Below, piece by piece: positions 35,581 through 48,194 of a stretch of DNA of 63,999 nucleotides. Below the pieces are notes generated by a model, which saw nothing but the letters and a program-made list of their open reading frames with translations, searched no databases and was not told the origin of the DNA. Source of the stretch: Rhizodiscina lignyota (taxonomy: Eukaryota); assembly GCA_010015805.1 (NCBI GenBank), contig ML978122.1, forward strand, positions 3,258,453 through 3,322,451, written 5' to 3'. Numbering within the stretch: the first letter of the stretch is position 1; each line of letters opens with the position of its first letter. The position numbers were made by a program, and so were the translations under genes.

Positions 35581-36516
35581 TTACAAGTAAGCGAGGGCAG
35601 CACCGAGAGGAGCCATTGCGAGACCGGCTGCCCATGCATCGAAGTGAAATGTAACCTGCGCCGCTGCACCCGTTGACGTCGATCCTGCTGCTAATGCCGG
35701 CTTCGTGACGGTCTTTGTCGCAGCGCCGGTTGTCGAAGAAGAGAAAGCGGCCTGCTTCTTGTTGCATCCGCTCTGGCATCTGCGCTTCGTCAGCAATCCT
35801 CGATCTTGGTATATAAAACAGCAGGAATTCTGGGTAACCCACCCTTTACCACAATGCAGAGACGTGCCTCCACAGAAACTGTTTTCTTCACGTTAGCCGC
35901 ATTCATTTTCTTCGGAGGCTCGACGTGTAGACCCACCCTGCGGAGCTGCAGCAAGGACCGTAGTTGTACACTCCGTATGAGACAAGCGCATTTGGACCCA
36001 ATTCAGCATTGCATACCGCACCGCCGAAGTTTGCACCACATTGGCCGTCGCATCGAGGAGAGTCGCCAATGCCTGACCAACTGCAGGCTGGATTTCCAAG
36101 GGTCATGTTAGGCTTGTGGCAAAGACCATATTTCGGATTGCAATCGGCGCCGCAGTACTGATCCGTGTTTCCGCAAAATCTGAGATGCAAAATTAAACGA
36201 GTCATTCCAGACTTTATCAGATGTCAGCCTTACCCAGAGGAACTGTATCTTTGTCAGTATATAACTCTACGTTGATGGAAGGATTTGCGCACCTGCAGCA
36301 TGGGTTTATTCCGTCGACAAAGCACATGGTGCCTTTTGGACCTCCGCAAGATTCATCGGTGGTTATCGGGCCTTTCGCACTATGTGTAGCAGAAGGCTTG
36401 GAGTGCAGATGTGAGGCAAGACTTGTTGAGTTTGTGGATGCGTGTGTGGTTTCATTCTTTGCTGCGTGGACGTGTAGCGCGAGGAGCAGAAGCTCCAACC
36501 AGACCAAGATGAACAT
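35581..36516 (-). CDS. Secreted, probably GPI-anchored chitin-binding protein with two hevein (CBM18)-like domains
   Basis: Signal peptide MFILVWLELLLLALHVHA. Spliced domains CGG...PCCSSSGFCGNTDQYCGADCNPKYGLC and CGANFGGAVC...PCCSSAGFCGGTSLHCGKGCQSGC. Ser/Thr stalk and hydrophobic C-terminus. Four introns, including a 9-nt micro-exon at 36234-36242. Confidence 0.85.
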
Positions 36517-37636
36517 TTTAGGCTAGTTTGCGACACTCGAACCGTGGGGAGAAATACTTTAGTTAATGGCGAAGAAGAAGAGAAAAGAGCGACTGTAAAC
36601 GAGTGACTGCGCTGATGGTATGAAAGATCAAGAGAATGACAGCAGTGAAACGAAGTCACTGAAACGAAGGCAGGAAGACGCACGACAAAATGTCATCGCA
36701 GTCGCGACAAGGTCGAGGCAGATCGACCTAATCAATGCTCTGCAGCGATAGCATCGTCAGCCACAATAATGAGCCATATCAGGTGCGCTGCTCGGCTTGC
36801 ACTCCGTACGCTCGCGCCCAACTGAAGAAGGGAAAAAGGTACTGTAGCACCTACGAAGCGGCGGGCATTGGGGCCATCTGACGGGCACGGGCGCCTCGCT
36901 AACTGCGGCACTTGCTGCCCCTGCGTCCCGTATAGCAGGTACCCGTCCTTCGGGAGCACGCCGCCGAAAAACCAATCTGCAGTGGCCAGCCCAACGAGGG
37001 GATAGCTTCACAATTTGCCAGCGCTCATGCCCATCGTATTCCTATTCAGATGATTCATGCCGTGCTCGCTAGACACGGGGAGGCAGCTCTTCAGAGCCAA
37101 TTGACGAACGGCTCTTCACGATGTCGCGAGCGGCGAATTCTCGCGTTGACGCCTGAGACGTGGAGAACTGCAGTCTGGTGTATGAAGCGCATTGCTGACT
37201 TTAGCACTCTATTTTCCGCCCCAAACGTTAAATTGCACGGGACTCCTATCAGTCTACTAAGCAGCTTCACTTCCCTGGCGTGCATAGACCATGCGCTGCC
37301 GAGGGCGAGGGCTCACTTTGGAGCGTTTGCGCGCTATCAGCCATCCCCATTTCACTGCGTCGCGTACATAGGCAGGCTAGCCTTGTTTCCTCCCTGAGCG
37401 TTCGTATTGGCCATTTTGCTATACAGCACTGTCTCACTTCTCCTTTCGTTTCGTCTAAACAATTCTGCGTACAATCAGCAAAAGCCAGCAGTGCCGCATG
37501 GAAGCTCCTCGTCGGCCCTTGCTCTCCACAATTTGAAAACGCCATCTCAATCTTCAAGCCTGACTACTTCTTTTCATGTCAACTGCGATCGACCGCCCAC
37601 ATCGGAGACTGAAGAGAACCGCAACCTTCCTTCTCG

Positions 37637-38533
37637 ATGCGGTCGTTGCTGTTTATCCTCCCAGCGCTGGTTGCTGGCAGCACCAACATTGCGACGTTCT
37701 CAGACTCGAACTGTCAACAATCATTTCAGAACCTCCAAGGCCCGAACGGCTATCCTAATGGAACATGTACCGCCCTCAACACCCAAGGGTCGTATGGGAG
37801 CTTTCAGGTGGTCGATGAGGACCCGGGCTGTACAGGTAGAGACTGCTCAAACGGTCGCGCCTGAAGATTCTACTAACGACAGTTTGCAGTCACAATATAC
37901 GGCAAAGATGCGACTCCAGACAGTTGTTCTTCGACCTCTCTACAATTCGCCGAGATAGCGATGTGCTATAATGCTTCTTGGGTATACTACAGCATCGATG
38001 CTTGCCTTCGGCCAGGCACAGCAGCCTACTCATCCGCTCTTTCCGCCTCCTCCGCTGCATCCACATCATCGGCAGCAGCAGCAACATCATCATCTTCGTC
38101 TTCCACATCTCATTCATCACACTCGTCACCCATTGGTCCGATAGTTGGAGGCGTTGTTGGAGGAGTTCTTGTTGGCATGCTCGTACTGGGCGGCGGTTTC
38201 TTTTTGTTAAGAAGGCGGAGGACTCAAAAGCAACAAGAGCGGTCGTCAAGAGATTACCACGAGATGCCAGGAAGCCAGGGGTGGATACCACATCGCGATG
38301 CGAAGGTAAAGGACACGGCACAAGCACAGGAGCTTCCAGCAAACCAAGTTGGAGAGCTGCCTGGTGACATGGGGTTCAGCCCTCGTTCAGAATTGGAGAC
38401 ACCGACTACAGGAATGGAGAGAGACTTTGACAAGAGTCAACACCAGTTTGAGAGTCAGACACAGTACGAGCCAGTTGAGCTGGATGGACATTCGCAAATA
38501 GAGATGCAGCCATTGGACCGGGACCGAAAGTAA
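37637..38533 (+). CDS. Type I membrane protein (signal peptide, Cys-containing ectodomain, Ser-rich stalk, TM, cytoplasmic tail); Mid2/Wsc-like architecture
   Basis: MRSLLFILPALVAG signal peptide; intron ~37836-37889; poly-Ser stretch; PIGPIVGGVVGGVLVGMLVLGGGFFLLRRRR; ELP/ELE/ELD motifs in the tail. Confidence 0.85.
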
Positions 38534-39811
38534 TTCTGTATTATTGTACATGTCAAACCACCGACGAATCTCATTTACGATATGCATATTGAACACCACT
38601 TTCTGCTCGTGCTAAATCTGTTCGTACTAAACGAACCTCAGCTTTCCTTCTCGGGATCGGTTCAGACTCGATCTCCATTATCTGCAGCCGAAATGAGACG
38701 GTTTTGTACTGGTATGACAGCGGCACTGGGGGCGGGCGTAATGCGTTGGACGGCGTTGGACGGCATTTCCGCCCTCAGGCCATGATTCTCACTACTTCGG
38801 CACGCCGCACGACTGCCATCTCCCTTGCCAGATTTGGAAAAAGGTGTTGAGCAAAACGATAAACGCCAGCGTTCCACAGCCTGATAGACGCTATATGTTC
38901 CACATATGAGCGAGGACTATGAAACAAAAATAGCGTTCGCAATTCTCGTGGAAGTGGTTAAGCCTGTCCCGCAGGCCAAGAAGTGCGAGCAGCGAATTTC
39001 ACGATTGGTGAGGAGGTGTCGATCAACGGTCGCCTCGAACAGCTATACCCATGCTATATCCTGAAATCCGGCGGGCATTGAGAGGAGCAGTGCTCAGGGC
39101 AGGCTGGAGATTGGTTGGGACGACGCCCTCACACAAGCCACGCTAATGCAAGGTACAACGGCTCCTCCCTTCTCCTCGCCGACTTCATCAGTTCTCGAAC
39201 GCGAAGCTTCAGCGCCGAGCCAATTCTAATTTCGCAGTCCAGCTCAATTCATTTTCACCAAGCTCGTATGCCGGCCTGCACACGAAGGAAAGCCATGCGC
39301 TGCACAGCGACACGCGGCTGTCATGACTTGTCACTGGATGCACGCTTGCGGATCTGAATCATGGCTACGCCCGTCAGCATATTGGCTAATGTGCGCCGTT
39401 GAGAAGCGAAATTCAGAGCCTCCTGAGCATGCGCCGTGATTCCATCATCCTTGACAAAGCTTTGCGCCAGCGCCGCATGGCCACAGGGCTGGAGATTCCA
39501 CTCAATTTGGAAGCCTAAGGCGCGGTCAATGCCCTCATGGCCCAGCTAATTTATATATGGACGCTTGCCCGTGAACCGCAAATCGTTAGTTGCACATTCC
39601 AAGTTGGGACAGATCTTCACTCTTTTATAAGTCGGAGTCTGCTGAGTTGCTTTTGACTACCAGTCAAGAAGCGTTCGCGTCAGTTTTGTATAATCTCTTC
39701 ATGTGCTGATTCGCTGACGAAATCATAGCTCCATTCCACTCTTTTGGATCATCATCGACCGAAACACTCGTTCATTAATCACGGTCGCTAATCTATCTTG
39801 ACCTCATCACC

Positions 39812-40433
39812 ATGGGCAAACTCAGTCTTCTTGTTGCTGCTGGCGCTTTCGCGCTCCAGGCCACCGCTTGCAACCTGATCTACAGCGCCTCGCATACCTT
39901 TTACGGCTGGCCAGACAATGACCCAGCTTCAGCCCAAACAGCCTATGACTGTGGCCGCAACTACACGGCTGGCGGTTCCGGCACATTCGATGACCCACTC
40001 ACGTTCGCATCTGCACCTGGAGAGTTTGATCCTTGCGAGGTCATCTACTCTCCGTACGTGATGAAGTACCTGCGCATGGAGGACACTTGCGCTCAATGCA
40101 CAACCGACTGGAATGGCGGCAACGGCGGCTTCCCTCACATTGATGTCTGGGTTGGCAACAGCTATGGTGGCGGTGGAGACGACCAAGTCAGCTGCGAGGT
40201 TGAATTGACGCCCCAGGCGCAAAGCCAGGGTCTTGTGCGTTACCCATGGGATGGACACACTGTTAACAGTAAGCTCTTGCCCCGCGATAATCGAAATTTT
40301 CCGTCTGGTGGTAGCGTAGAACGATGATGCTGACATGTTGGCAGGCGGCGAACTCTATGACCTAGACTCCGTTACTTGCTACCCAGGCAACTTGAACACG
40401 GGCTACAGCATCGACGATTATGCCAACTGCTAG
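39812..40433 (+). CDS. Small secreted Cys-containing protein of unknown function
   Basis: Signal peptide; TFYGWPDNDP, AGGSGTFDDPLTFA, KYLRMEDTCAQC and HIDVW; intron ~40269-40344; TAG at 40431-40433. Confidence 0.85.
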
Positions 40434-42132
40434 AGCAGGAGCGTGAAGTTGCGTGAAGTTGCGTGCTCGCGTGGGGTGGAGTTCGTTCGGGGACGTGGGA
40501 GGAGCGAAGAGGGACGGCCTGGGGTTCATATGAGCATACTCGCTGCGCTCATCTGGGGTTAATCTTCACATCATACATCAAAGGCGCAGCCGCTGAACCA
40601 GCACAATGATGCGGCTATCGCTATTTTGTCGTCTTAATATTCAATGTGCATAGTTATCTCGCGGCAATACAATCCATGTTCAAGAGGGACTTGATCCATG
40701 CGCAGTTACTCTTCAATCGCCTTGGACCTCCGTATATTGAACCTACCGTATTTTTTGCGTGATTTCCTGGAATTTGGAAGAGCCTCCGTATGTTGATTAG
40801 TATCTATTTTCATCTTGACTTCCTGGCATCTGGAGCTCAGCATGAGCCGCCAAAAGATGAGAGGAGGCTCGGAGGTTTTAACCGTATTAGGAATAGCTTT
40901 GCCGCACAAACTTGTGCCACGTTTGAGCAGAGCTTTACCCACCGACTCTCTTCTCCTTCTCAGCAAAGGGACAGCATGTTGTAATACAGGACAGAGAATC
41001 TCGCCGTCTATTCATTTAGCAATGAACCCTTGACCTTCTTGGCATGGTGCTGTCGCCGCGAATCAGTTGCCAGCGATTGAGTTGACGACTGGAGTCATCG
41101 CAGCCTGGACTGTCTTGAATCCAGTCTCATCCATTCCCTTCTTGCTCAATGTTTTTGCATAGCTTTAAATCTAGGCTGAATATTTCTGCTTATACCAAGC
41201 CATCGTAGAAGACTGTACTGTGTTTTTCTCACGTTCTGTTCTCTGACTGGGAATTAATGGGGCATCGATGCCCCAAGCAATTGCTTTCTTTTCTCTTCCT
41301 GGCGCTTCCATATGTCTTTTTATCTGCATCTGGTGTATTCCCAAGTTGAATTGTGCACATATACCGGAAAACTAACAGTACTAAGACACAAACGATATCT
41401 TTCAACCTCATCCCTTGGGCCAGAGAATGCAGTCCGAACACGATAATACGACTCATGGCTTGGTCACCGATCATACCCCACGATGCAGACGCATAGTGTT
41501 TGTTCATGCTGCATCGGCGACTTCTCTGCGGCAAAGCTATGGCAGATGCCAAAATCATCCGAATATGGCACAGTTTTGGGGCAATTTCAAGTCCAAGACA
41601 ATCCAGACGGAACATACGTGCTTTGGCCACTTTAATGGCGCAAAAGAACAACAGAGTCATGCATATATGTGGCAATTGAGACATCCCAAAACACCATCAC
41701 AAGATACTTCGGCAATTGTTCATCCGCGGCAATGGCTACTGTCATCCCTCTAGCGCGTACGACTCGGTTGAATACGAACAACCAGTCCTTTTGAGGCTTT
41801 GGCACACCACCATGGCATGCGCAATTCTTGTGTCAGTAACCCGGAAAACTCGGCAACGTATCGTCTGATCCATAGCTATCCCAGAGATGCGACATACCTT
41901 TGAAACCACTCTTGGGCGAGGCGAAAATAATGGCACAGCGCAATCTGTATCAGTACACCTTGACTACTGATACATGTGACATTGATGAGTATCGTAGCGA
42001 TGGCACAGCAACGATGGAGAGGATAAATACTGCACTAAGTGTCCGCTGCCAGATACACAACTCAATGTTCTGGCAGTCGTCTCCACTACTACATTTTTCA
42101 CCGATTCACACTGTCCTCACCTCACTTGAAAG

Positions 42133-45100
42133 ATGTTGTTCACGACTCTGGTCTTTTCTCAGTGGATCTGTCCACTCTTTCTCTTTAGCCTTTTGATTAC
42201 AGCTGCACCCCAAGTCAAGTACGTAACCTCCCTCTTGCTGCTTCAGCGTCTGACGATTCACGTCCAGGAAATCAAGTAACACTACAATATCTGGGTCCGA
42301 TATACGCATTGCTAATACTAGCGGGCTTTCAAAGTCTGTTTTTCCTGGAACCGGCGTCGTGGGCGCAGTTGAGACTGCTGAGAGTATCCTCAAGTCAAAG
42401 AGTGTGACTTCAAAATCTAGTCGTGGTCCTGATGCTGGGGAACATCCACCTGGGAGTAGCAAGAAGGCACTTTCGCACGGCTCTGCAACAGACTCCCGTT
42501 CGTCTTCGAACGCGAGCACAAGGGAGAGGACGTCACGCAGGCTTGAGACTGGCAGCAGCAATGAGAGAAAAACCACCACCAAGAGCTCTCCATTTGTATC
42601 AGCCCGGAAGAGTACCATCAAGTCTGACAAGCCCAACGAAAGAATCTCCAAGACAAAGGGCCTCTCAGTCGAACCAACTCTGACGAACAGCAAAAATACT
42701 ACCTCCTCGGGTGGGCTTGTTGGTGTGATGGTGGTTCATTCCACAGTAGTGACGTCCGTTAAGGGAAAGACCAGGACTGAGACTAAAGATTTCATCAGTG
42801 CCAGCGGCACCTTGATTCCTCTGTTAGTCACAACTCAGATCAACCCAACTGGTTCGATTGCACGGTCTAGTGCTAAAGACATCCAATCGCAACTCTCGGG
42901 CCTTCCTCCACTGATTGGGGCATGGGTCAAGAAACCCAGCACGACGCTGACTCCAAAAGTTGAAAAGAGTATCGAAGAGGCCAAAAATAAGCTGGTCAGA
43001 CTGTTTGGAGAGGTCGGCGGAAGCAATCACCCACCCGAGACAAAGTGCAGTGGCGGAAACCTGCTCACGTCTCTGCTTAAGGCAACATCATGCGCGATCC
43101 AACAACTACAAATCCTCGGAGGCAATGTCAAGAACAACTTAACCAACAGGGTCAAATTGGGACTTCCAGTGCTTCAAGGCCTGACAGGAAACCCACCGGG
43201 AAAGCCCAGCAATCCAAAACCGTCTCGGCATCCGAAACATCCATCATCAAACGGTAATCGACCAAGTTCGGAACATCCTTCGAAAACTTCTGAAAGATCT
43301 TCCCATACTTTAAAACGGTCGTCTTCCGTATCTGAAGCATCATCGTCAAGGCCGACTTCGAGCTGTTTAGAGACAGAGACAGCAACACAATGCCGTGTCA
43401 TCTGCGATGCCACCATTATTGGTTCTTCAAGGGTCCCAATGACTTTAGGGGCTAAGAGTGCTTCAACGGCGGCATCATGTTCGACTACGTGCTTCCATAC
43501 TGTCACTGGCTGCAATGTTGTTGGTACAACAACTACGACGAGCGCAGTGGAAGCCTGTACGCCGAATACTTATATACCTCTTGCGAAATTTGGTCCGCCA
43601 CCACGGAATGGTATTGCCACTGGTGATGGGGACGACGAATATATGCCCGATCCGGATTTCTATCCCTCTGGGTGGAATACAACAATACCAGGTTCAGACA
43701 AGTTGAGGCTACTTGCACTGCCGAGTAAGACGACTATTAGCCACCCTCACAGCACACCCAGTTCTTCAGAGAAGAAGGCATCAAGCACCACGCGCGAGAA
43801 CCTGAGCTCTTCGGCCAAAAAAACATCCCGTTTCACATCTAAGCGGCCAGCGAAGAGTTCATCTGAGCTACCATCGAAGACTTCTTCTAAGACAACACCC
43901 AGTTCTTCAGAGAAAATGGTATCAGGCACCCCACGCGAGAGTCTGAGGCCCTCGGCCAAGAAGACATCCCGTTTTACATCCAAGCACCCCCCAAAGAGCT
44001 CATCTAAGCTACCATCGAAGGTCTCTTCCAAGACAATATCCAATTCTTCAGAGAAGGCATCAAGCACCCCACGCGAAAGCTCCCCAGCCATGAAGACATC
44101 CCGTTCTATCTCTGAGCAGCCACGGAAGAGCTCATCTAAGCTACCATCGAAGGTCTCTTCCAAGACAATATCCAGTTCTTCGGAGAAGGCATCAAGCACC
44201 CCACGCGAAAGCTCCCCAGCCATGAAGACATCCCGTTCTATCTCTGAGCAGCCACGGAAGAGCTCATATATGCCACAATCGAAGATTTCTCCCAAGACAT
44301 CCACAACTTCCCCGAAGGAAACTGGAACTCGGATTGAGACATCCAGTGCCTTAATCCGAAAAACATCAAGTTCTCCGGGGAGAGAAACGTCTAATCCCCA
44401 ACATAGTATGCTCTTCCCTCCAATTTCTTTTTCGCTGCAGACTAAGCTAACGCTACTCTACAGCTCATTCAAAGTCAATACCTATTGCACTCAGCGATGC
44501 TACCCCGACTTTGACATCCTTCAATCCGACAGTATCAAACAATCAAGTCACGTCAGTTGGATGTGAAGTCAGGCTTGGGAAATTTGATGTCAATGGAAGA
44601 CCCGTTGCACAGACCCCCAGCAACTTCATTACACTCTCCGGAAAAGATCTCTCTTTGGTCTCGAGTAAGGCTAGCGCATTTTGCGCTCCTACGGTGCTCA
44701 TATCTTCGTCGGCATTTCCAACACTCTCACAACCTGGAGAAGCATTCTCTTTTATATTCAGCAAGTACGAGCCAGTGTGGGACGAGAGTTGGACAGAGGA
44801 CTGGAGCCTCAACTTGTTCTGGGGATGGAATCCAGATCCTTGGTGTAAGAATTACCCAGCTTATCGACCTTCACAGCCAGTGGAAGCCCCTCCGAACACT
44901 AGAATCACAGGAGGCAACGGGGTAGATTTCTTTTGCTGGAGTGCATTCAATGAAATCTTCCAAACATGCAACTCCCGGGATGGCAGCAGCTCTGGTGGGT
45001 CTTTCTTCCAAGGATGCACAACCTTTGGATGGGAAGCCTTCAACGGATTGGTAAAGCGTGGCACTGGAAACTCCAGTGCTGAAGACCATGGGACACTACA

Positions 45101-46143
45101 CCAGGATGAGCAAAGACGACGCGCTTTGATCCAAGCTCGTGCACCTCCGAAGCCACGTCAGAAGTATTTGTGGCAACCAAATAATGATGACCTCTGGACC
45201 GAAATGGTGTCTCGTGGTAGAACTCTTTGGGACAGGCTCAACAGCGCGTTGAACAGCAATGGTCCAGATAGAGCCATCATGGACCCTGCTCCTGCTTATA
45301 GGTCACCGGTGGAGCGGATTAAGGGTGCCACGGCTGGTAAACCCCTCCTTTTTGAGTATGCTATGAACACTATGCTGTTTACCCACCGAGGCTATTTGGG
45401 GATAGATTATGAAGAACCCGACTTTAATGTGGTCAAGCTCGAATGGCCACGCACAGGAGACCAGAAGGCATGGTTTTATAATCAAGTCAGTTTTAGGACC
45501 GGCACCATCATTGTAAATTCAATTCAGCGCTACGACAGTGAGCATGGTCCCATTCAGGAATGGAACAAGGACCACACAGAAAAAATGCAACAAGCAGTGG
45601 CCTACAATCAGTACATCAAGCAAACTTATACCGCACCGCACTACTGGGCAGACGTGGCATGGTATTCGTGGTACACTGAAGCGACAGATGGTTGCGGCGG
45701 AGACTCGGAACAGGAGAAAGCGTTCCTGTCAAGTCGATTGCGTAGCCTGAGACAGGTCATCCAGCAACAGGTCACGAACAAGCTCACCAGGATGGCAATC
45801 CAGTATGTCTGGGCTCAACTCGGTATCGGTCCAGAGAATGTTCAACAGTATACATGGGTCACGCCAGAAAATGGCGATCTATTCTTTGGCCTTCTTGGCT
45901 CCCCCAACGGACTTGGGGTTGCCCATCTAGTGAGCAAACCTACCGGCTTTGCAAGTATAATTTGGTAACACTGATATATGTCAGCTTAGGCAACATCATA
46001 ATGAGCTGGGCAAGAAGACGATATCCCACATCTCAATTACCACTGTCGACAACACCGGGGAAGTGACTCTGACCGATTCCCCAGAACAGCAACAAGAAGA
46101 CGCTTGGCCTTTCTACCTGATTTTTAACCTTGTTGATGTGTGA
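42133..46143 (+). CDS. Large (~1250 aa) secreted modular protein with Ser/Lys/Thr-rich repeats and a conserved-looking C-terminal domain
   Basis: Signal-like MLFTTLVFSQWICPLFLFSLLITAAP, then intron(s) at ~42219-42321. ORF 42359.. joins ORF 44511.. via a phase-1 intron at ~44406-44463. Final intron ~45930-45985, then LRQHHNELGKKTISHI...*. Motif FFGLLGSPNGLG. Confidence 0.75.
43757..44300 (+). repeat. Coding tandem repeat, about 4 units of 141/141/132/132 bp
   Basis: Unit starts (G/A)TTCTTC(A/G)GAGAA at 43761, 43902, 44043 and 44175. The last two units are near-identical. Confidence 0.9.
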
Positions 46144-46935
46144 AGCCCCAGTAGAACATGCATTTTGGATATTGGTGAATTTGCCCCTTGTTTGTTCTTT
46201 TTGGACCCGAGCAGTGGCCTCTAATATAGCTTGGCTAGCTTATCGTAGTTTGTACTATTTACGATTGTTTACATGTTTGCATTCGTGGTTTCTGGGTGTC
46301 AGTGTTGTGAGATGCATTGACACCCGGATAGTTTGTTGATGCTTGTTTGTTTCTATTAGTTTGATGCTAGTCTATAAACGTTGTTGTGAGCTTATTGCTG
46401 CCTTCCGACTGGCTCGTTTCACCCTAAATTCGAAGCTTGACATTCATTACATAAATGCACGAAATTCTTTTTTGTGTGCGAATTCTGCCACATTGCTTGG
46501 TCCTCGGAAACTGGCTGCAACACACAACGCCCAAATGGTATTCCTGTATTGATGTAATTTCTCTGCTCAACTGCTGTTTGTCTCTAGAGCAATACGGTTA
46601 AATGAGAATTAGAATGTTGCTTGGATGACAAGTGGTAATCATAACCGATCCGTTTTCCTGCCCTCTGCGTGCTCCGTTCGATGCGAAAGTTATATAGTAG
46701 TATAGTAGATGAAAATGCCTAAAAATATGCTAATAGGCAATTCTTTTCTCGGTAACTCGGCATGCCCTTACCGTCAGACCATCATGTAGTGGGGCGAAGG
46801 GCGTGGCGCATGCTCAAAAGCCGATATGCGGCACAGCACGACTGCAACGTGGCATAGATTTTGAAAGCCTTATCGCCACATGAATTATACAATGATAAGA
46901 TCATGCCAACACAGCGACGGTGAAAAATAGCAATT

Positions 46936-47913
46936 ATGCTCCCTCCTCCTATGATCCATTCAAATAATGCTGCCGTCGCGGGCCATTTTCCACCTGAACC
47001 AAGTCGATGGGCAGCTACACCTGCGGCTAGCAGAGAGGCTTGCTACCCGCTAGGACTCGAAAGGCTTGAATTCAATGATGAGACAAGCTACATCCACTTT
47101 GAAGGAGATCACTACACATTCAGGTTGGCGCGCTTTTATTACGTGCCACTCTACGCAGGGGACGTTACGGAGCTGGACTTGAACAGCACTCTATACCTTT
47201 GCAGACGAGACTGCCTGATGTATCTTGACCACGACCTGTGCAAGAGTGAAAAACAACTGTTCAAGGCAATTTGGATCAACTGGTTCCCATTCCGTGGCAC
47301 AGACATCCATGGAAGGGGCGCCTCCTTTTTCTGCCACTTCATCCCTACGTATCCGCCGCCAACGACATTCCAGCTCTGCCAATTTCATGAAACTCTCCGC
47401 TCAGCCATGGAGTCGCATATCTTGGATCCGGCCAACGAGCGCCAATTTGCAAGGTTCCGAGATGATGGCGAGTCTCCAATGCTATCTCTAAAGGATATTT
47501 TTATCAAAGTGGATAAGGAATGGCAAGATAAAGGCGTAAGCCTCGTATGCCGTACAAATAACAGCGATGATGTGCTCAAGTTCCTTGAAGCGACGGAACA
47601 TGGAAAACATGATCACACTACCACATTGGATCGGACAGACTGCTACTGCATTCTTCGGGTTGAGCTACCATTGGCGATGATGGCGATTATGTTCCGCGAT
47701 CCAAGGCGCATGGACGCGCATGGTCTTGATTCGAGCGCGTATCGGCTGGTGTGTTCTTACTATGAGAGGCTGTTTGGAGTTGATGACCCATACGGGCCAC
47801 TGAAGGTGTTTGGCAAGTCGCCACTGGATGAGGACATTGACGACCTCACGAGAGAATTTGTGGGCAGGGCAATGACGAAAAGGTCATCACGATGGAACTG
47901 GCTAAACACATGA
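46936..47913 (+). CDS. Hypothetical protein (325 aa)
   Basis: Long intronless ORF with globular-protein composition; no family recognised. Confidence 0.6.
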   Translation: MLPPPMIHSNNAAVAGHFPPEPSRWAATPAASREACYPLGLERLEFNDETSYIHFEGDHYTFRLARFYYVPLYAGDVTELDLNSTLYLCRRDCLMYLDHDLCKSEKQLFKAIWINWFPFRGTDIHGRGASFFCHFIPTYPPPTTFQLCQFHETLRSAMESHILDPANERQFARFRDDGESPMLSLKDIFIKVDKEWQDKGVSLVCRTNNSDDVLKFLEATEHGKHDHTTTLDRTDCYCILRVELPLAMMAIMFRDPRRMDAHGLDSSAYRLVCSYYERLFGVDDPYGPLKVFGKSPLDEDIDDLTREFVGRAMTKRSSRWNWLNT

Positions 47914-48194
47914 AATGAACATCTGCTATTGTTAGCTTAACTTGAATACCACGGCACGTTCTCATGATATCTAGAGTTCGGTTGCTGTTAATTAACCGAT
48001 GTCCGCATTCTCTGGTCTAGTCCGAGACTACGGTGCCCTGCCTTGGCTGAATTTACTAAGACGCAACCACATATGTTTAGTGAGTATAGATTTAAATATC
48101 CGAGTTTCGATGGCGCGCCGAGCCGGGACCAAAGTCTGGTGCTGCGGAAGAGTGGCATTGGTATTTGAATTTGAAAGTGAATGGTACACTTGCT

